Below, in pieces: positions 60,823 to 64,000 of a DNA stretch of 64,000 bases (positions within the stretch are counted from its first letter, which is position 1; each line of letters starts with the position of its first letter). The notes beneath the pieces were generated by a model, which saw only the letters and a program-made list of their open reading frames with translations, did not search any database and was not told the origin of the DNA. This DNA comes from Nitrospirota bacterium (lineage in GTDB: Bacteria; Nitrospirota; Thermodesulfovibrionia; Thermodesulfovibrionales; UBA9159): positions 159,692-223,691 of the forward strand of contig CAVOUE010000009.1 of NCBI GenBank assembly GCA_963699545.1. The letters run 5' to 3'. The position numbers and the translations under genes are program-made.

Positions 60823-61833
60823 TTACGGCATACCCCTGCCCTCGATGTTCATCCCGCATTTTGGACAGGCAGAATCTCTCATTTTAATGGCAGTGAGCGT
60901 GAACCCGGTTCTTTCAATCAGCAGTTCTCCGCATGAGGGACAGTAAGTATTTTCTCCCCCCTCTCCCGGGACATTTCCTTCATACACATACCGCAGACCT
61001 GCCTTCAGCCCTATCTCCCTCGCCCTTCTCAGGGTGCTCACCGGTGTCCTCGGTTTGTCCATCAGCTCATAGGTAGGATAAAACTGCGTCACATGCCACG
61101 GCATGGCTGGGTCAACAGATTTGATGAAGTCCGATACCCACGTAAGAAATTCATCGGAATCATTATAGGTCGGAATAATGAGGGTGGTGATCTCGACCCA
61201 GACCCCCAGTTCTTTCATGAGCTTGATGGTATCGAGGACCGGTTGCAATCTGGCTCCCACGACTTTCTTGTAGAAACTGTCGTCACCCTTCAGGTCAATG
61301 TTGTTTCCGTCAAGATAGGGCGCTATAAGCCTCGTGGCTTCAGGACCCGTGTATCCGTTGCTCACGAAGACATTCCTGATCCCCCTCTCGTGGGCAAGCC
61401 GGGCGCAGTCATAGGCAAATTCCATGAATATCGTGGGCTCGGTATAGGTGTAGGATATGCTCGTGCAGCCCGCCAGTTCCGCTTCCCTCACCACCTGTTC
61501 CGGCGTCATATCCTCCCCGGGGATATCGTCATGCTTCTTCGGATACTGTGAAATATCATAGTTCTGGCAGTGCATGCATTTGAAATTACATCCGACGGTG
61601 GAGATGGAATAGGATATTGAACCGGGATGGAAATGAAATAACGGCTTCTTCTCTATGGGGTCTACGTGGCGCGCAATGACCTTGCCATACACAAGGCTGT
61701 AAAGGGTTCCCTCCCTGTTTTCCCTTACCGCGCAGATACCCCTTTTCCCCGGTGATATGGTGCAGTGTTGAGCACAGAGGAAACACTTTGCCTTTCCGTC
61801 ACCGATCCTCTCATAAAACCGGGCTTCTCTCAC
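60823..61833 (-). CDS. amrS: AmmeMemoRadiSam system radical SAM enzyme
   Basis: CFLCAQHC, DPIEKKPLFHFHPG, GCNFKCMHCQN, YTYTEPTI, YCPSCG. Confidence 0.93.
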   Translation of the reverse strand: MREARFYERIGDGKAKCFLCAQHCTISPGKRGICAVRENREGTLYSLVYGKVIARHVDPIEKKPLFHFHPGSISYSISTVGCNFKCMHCQNYDISQYPKKHDDIPGEDMTPEQVVREAELAGCTSISYTYTEPTIFMEFAYDCARLAHERGIRNVFVSNGYTGPEATRLIAPYLDGNNIDLKGDDSFYKKVVGARLQPVLDTIKLMKELGVWVEITTLIIPTYNDSDEFLTWVSDFIKSVDPAMPWHVTQFYPTYELMDKPRTPVSTLRRAREIGLKAGLRYVYEGNVPGEGGENTYCPSCGELLIERTGFTLTAIKMRDSACPKCGMNIEGRGMP

Positions 61834-62102
61834 TGGGTCTTTCTTGTCGTGGTTATCTTCTTGGCAGTGGTTCTCTTCTTTGGCGCCGCCTTCCCCTCTG
61901 CTGCAGCGTCTTTTCCCTTCGGCGTCCTGACAGCCGCCCTTTTCTTCACTGTCTTCGCAGGCTTTTCCGCTCCCTTCGTATACCTGGCCAGCACGATCTT
62001 TTCCGCCTCTAACCAGTCGTCAAAGTGACAGCCCTCGCTCCTCCCCCTCTTCTCGTAGAGCTCGTAAGCCACCCGTGCGATCTCATCGTATACCTTGTTC
62101 AT
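61830..62102 (-). CDS. DUF2934 protein with a Lys/Ala/Thr-rich tail
   Basis: IARVAYELYEKRG...DDWLEAE. Confidence 0.85.
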   Translation of the reverse strand: MNKVYDEIARVAYELYEKRGRSEGCHFDDWLEAEKIVLARYTKGAEKPAKTVKKRAAVRTPKGKDAAAEGKAAPKKRTTAKKITTTRKTQ

Positions 62103-62310
62103 ACACACCTCCGAAAAATTTCACCTTTGTGCTCATCCCCCCTGATGCTAATCCTATCACGATATAAGAGGTTATGCAAGAAGCGCGGAATATACGGTCG
62201 CGTCCCGCCTGATGTGCGGATTACTCTTGCTATTTGTCCAAAACATGTGATATATCTGATACACTTTTTACCATAGAATCATAGCAGCGCGTCAAGAGAA
62301 GGGTGAATCA

Positions 62311-64000
62311 GTGAAACCTGCTGGCGGGGAAAACAAAATAACCGGAATCATCAAAGCACTTGGCCTCGTATTCGGGGACATCGGCACAAGTCCTATATAT
62401 ACCGTCACGGTGGTTTTTCTCCTGCTCAAGCCTTCCCTTGACAACGTCCTCGGCGTTACGTCGCTGATCATCTGGACAATGACCGTTCTCGTTTCTCTCC
62501 AGTATGTCTTTCTCGCCATGAGCCTCAGCCACAGAGGCGAGGGAGGCACAATCGTCCTAAAAGAGATCCTCTCTTCCATGCTCAGCACGAAAAAGAAGAG
62601 GGCTCTGGTGACGATACTTTCCTTCCTGGGGATATCTCTTCTGATGGGTGACGGCGTGATCACCCCGGCAATCAGTATCCTCAGCGCTGTCGAGGGATCG
62701 GCTCTCATACCCGGTCTTGAACACATCTCCAGAACAGCCATCGTGCTCATCGCCGCCTTCATCGCCATCGCCCTCTTTTCCTTCCAGAGCCGGGGGACCG
62801 AGAAGGTCGCTTTCGCTTTCGGCCCCATCACATCCATCTGGTTTATTGCGCTCATATTCTTTGGGATCCTTTCCATCATCGATGCTCCCAATGTATTGGT
62901 AGCGATAAATCCCTATTACGGCATACGCTTTCTTCTGGAGAATGGCTGGAAGGGATTCATAGTGCTGGGAGAAATATTTCTTTGCGCAACGGGAGGTGAA
63001 GCCCTTTATGCTGATATGGGACACCTTGGAGCAAAACCGATCAGGCACGCATGGATCGGGGTCTTCATTGCCCTCTCTGTGAATTATCTGGGACAGGGCG
63101 CGTTTCTCATGACCCACCCCGGGGCGAAGAATATCCTCTTCGAGATGGTTTTCCACCATGCAAAGGGCCTCTACATCCCCTTTCTTCTCCTGAGTATTGC
63201 CGCAACGGTCATCGCCTCCCAGGCCATGATCAGCGGGACGTTCTCCATCGTCTACCAGGGGATCACCACGCGGATTATGCCGATCTTCAAGGTCGATTAT
63301 ACCTCTACTGAGAGGAAGTCACAGATTTACATCGGCTCGGTCAACTGGTTCCTCCTTTTCGCAGTCATCTTCATCATGGTCGAATTCGGCGAGTCCAGCC
63401 GTCTTGCCGCCGCATACGGGCTGGCTGTCACGGGCACGATGACCCTCACCGGCATTATGATGATCTGGATATTTTCCCTTAAGAAGAAACCGCTTTTTTC
63501 GATCTTCGCGCTCTTCATTACGGCGATTGACATTGCATATCTCTGCTCCAACTTCTACAAAATCCCGCATGGCGGCTACTGGTCGTTGATTCTTGCATCC
63601 ATTCCCTTCGGTATGATACTGCTCTATACCCAGGGGCAGAAGAGGCTCTACAAGATGATGCAATTCATGCCGATCGATGACTTTGTGCGCAAGTTTAACA
63701 TGGTCTATAAGACAACCCCCCTCATAAAAGGCACAGCCCTTTTTCTCATAAAGGATGTTAAAGAGGTACCCCCTTATCTTGTCCAGATCATGTTCTACCA
63801 CGGCATTATCTACGAGGAGAACATATTGATTTCGATCGTCAAAAGAGACGATCCCTTCGGGGTCACCGGCTATTTCAAGGAGGATATTACCAAAGGGTTA
63901 AGGGCCTTCGATATACAAATGGGGTATATGGAAGTGATCGACGTTGAAGAACTCCTGAGAGAAGCCGGGGTTGAGGAGCGGACCGTCTTTTACGGGCTTG
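62311..64000 (+). CDS. kup: KUP/HAK/KT potassium transporter (runs off the window end)
   Basis: LGLVFGDIGTSPIY, GEGG, GDGVITPAISILSAVEG, TGGEALYADMGH, AAAYGLAV. Confidence 0.95.
   Translation, partial: MKPAGGENKITGIIKALGLVFGDIGTSPIYTVTVVFLLLKPSLDNVLGVTSLIIWTMTVLVSLQYVFLAMSLSHRGEGGTIVLKEILSSMLSTKKKRALVTILSFLGISLLMGDGVITPAISILSAVEGSALIPGLEHISRTAIVLIAAFIAIALFSFQSRGTEKVAFAFGPITSIWFIALIFFGILSIIDAPNVLVAINPYYGIRFLLENGWKGFIVLGEIFLCATGGEALYADMGHLGAKPIRHAWIGVFIALSVNYLGQGAFLMTHPGAKNILFEMVFHHAKGLYIPFLLLSIAATVIASQAMISGTFSIVYQGITTRIMPIFKVDYTSTERKSQIYIGSVNWFLLFAVIFIMVEFGESSRLAAAYGLAVTGTMTLTGIMMIWIFSLKKKPLFSIFALFITAIDIAYLCSNFYKIPHGGYWSLILASIPFGMILLYTQGQKRLYKMMQFMPIDDFVRKFNMVYKTTPLIKGTALFLIKDVKEVPPYLVQIMFYHGIIYEENILISIVKRDDPFGVTGYFKEDITKGLRAFDIQMGYMEVIDVEELLREAGVEERTVFYGL

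Noticed and set aside
62110-62310. c-di-AMP riboswitch or CRP/FNR site upstream of kup
   Set aside because: I cannot identify ydaO riboswitch elements, and the TGTGA half-site lacks a correctly spaced TCACA.

Overview
Bacterial chromosomal window. The host is most likely an anaerobic Nitrospirota/deltaproteobacterium-like organism; this is an inference from gene content and order, not a tested assignment. The backbone is housekeeping: UPF0182, plsC, CinA-like, NifA-like activator, trxA, gdhA, pepN, diadenylate cyclase, rimO, thiL, lon, galU, tRNA-Leu, surA, asd, leuD, ubiD-like, pth-rplY-prs-tRNA-Gln-ispE, nrfHA, amrS and kup. Many conserved genes carry single-base frameshifts, best explained as long-read indel errors. 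Two accessory loci stand out. (1) At about 4.7-12.75 kb, a LexA/UmuD-like gene and a Y-family polymerase are separated by about 6 kb of co-oriented cargo: an AbrB-PIN toxin-antitoxin pair, a Shedu/DUF4263-like nuclease, an IS3-interrupted tcmP and a radical SAM gene. The cargo is bracketed by two GTAG-type palindromes and lies downstream of a consensus promoter with an operator-like palindrome. (2) At about 41.6-53.6 kb there is a RiPP-like/glycosylation cluster. It has a PqqD/RRE protein with a fused leader-like tail, an HprK-like kinase-GT2 fusion, three more GT2s, a GT4, a nucleotidyltransferase, an AGE-family epimerase, an aldo/keto reductase, a QW-repeat protein and a fucosyltransferase-like enzyme. 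Three unrelated enzymes in it share one C-terminal peptide motif of about 35 aa.
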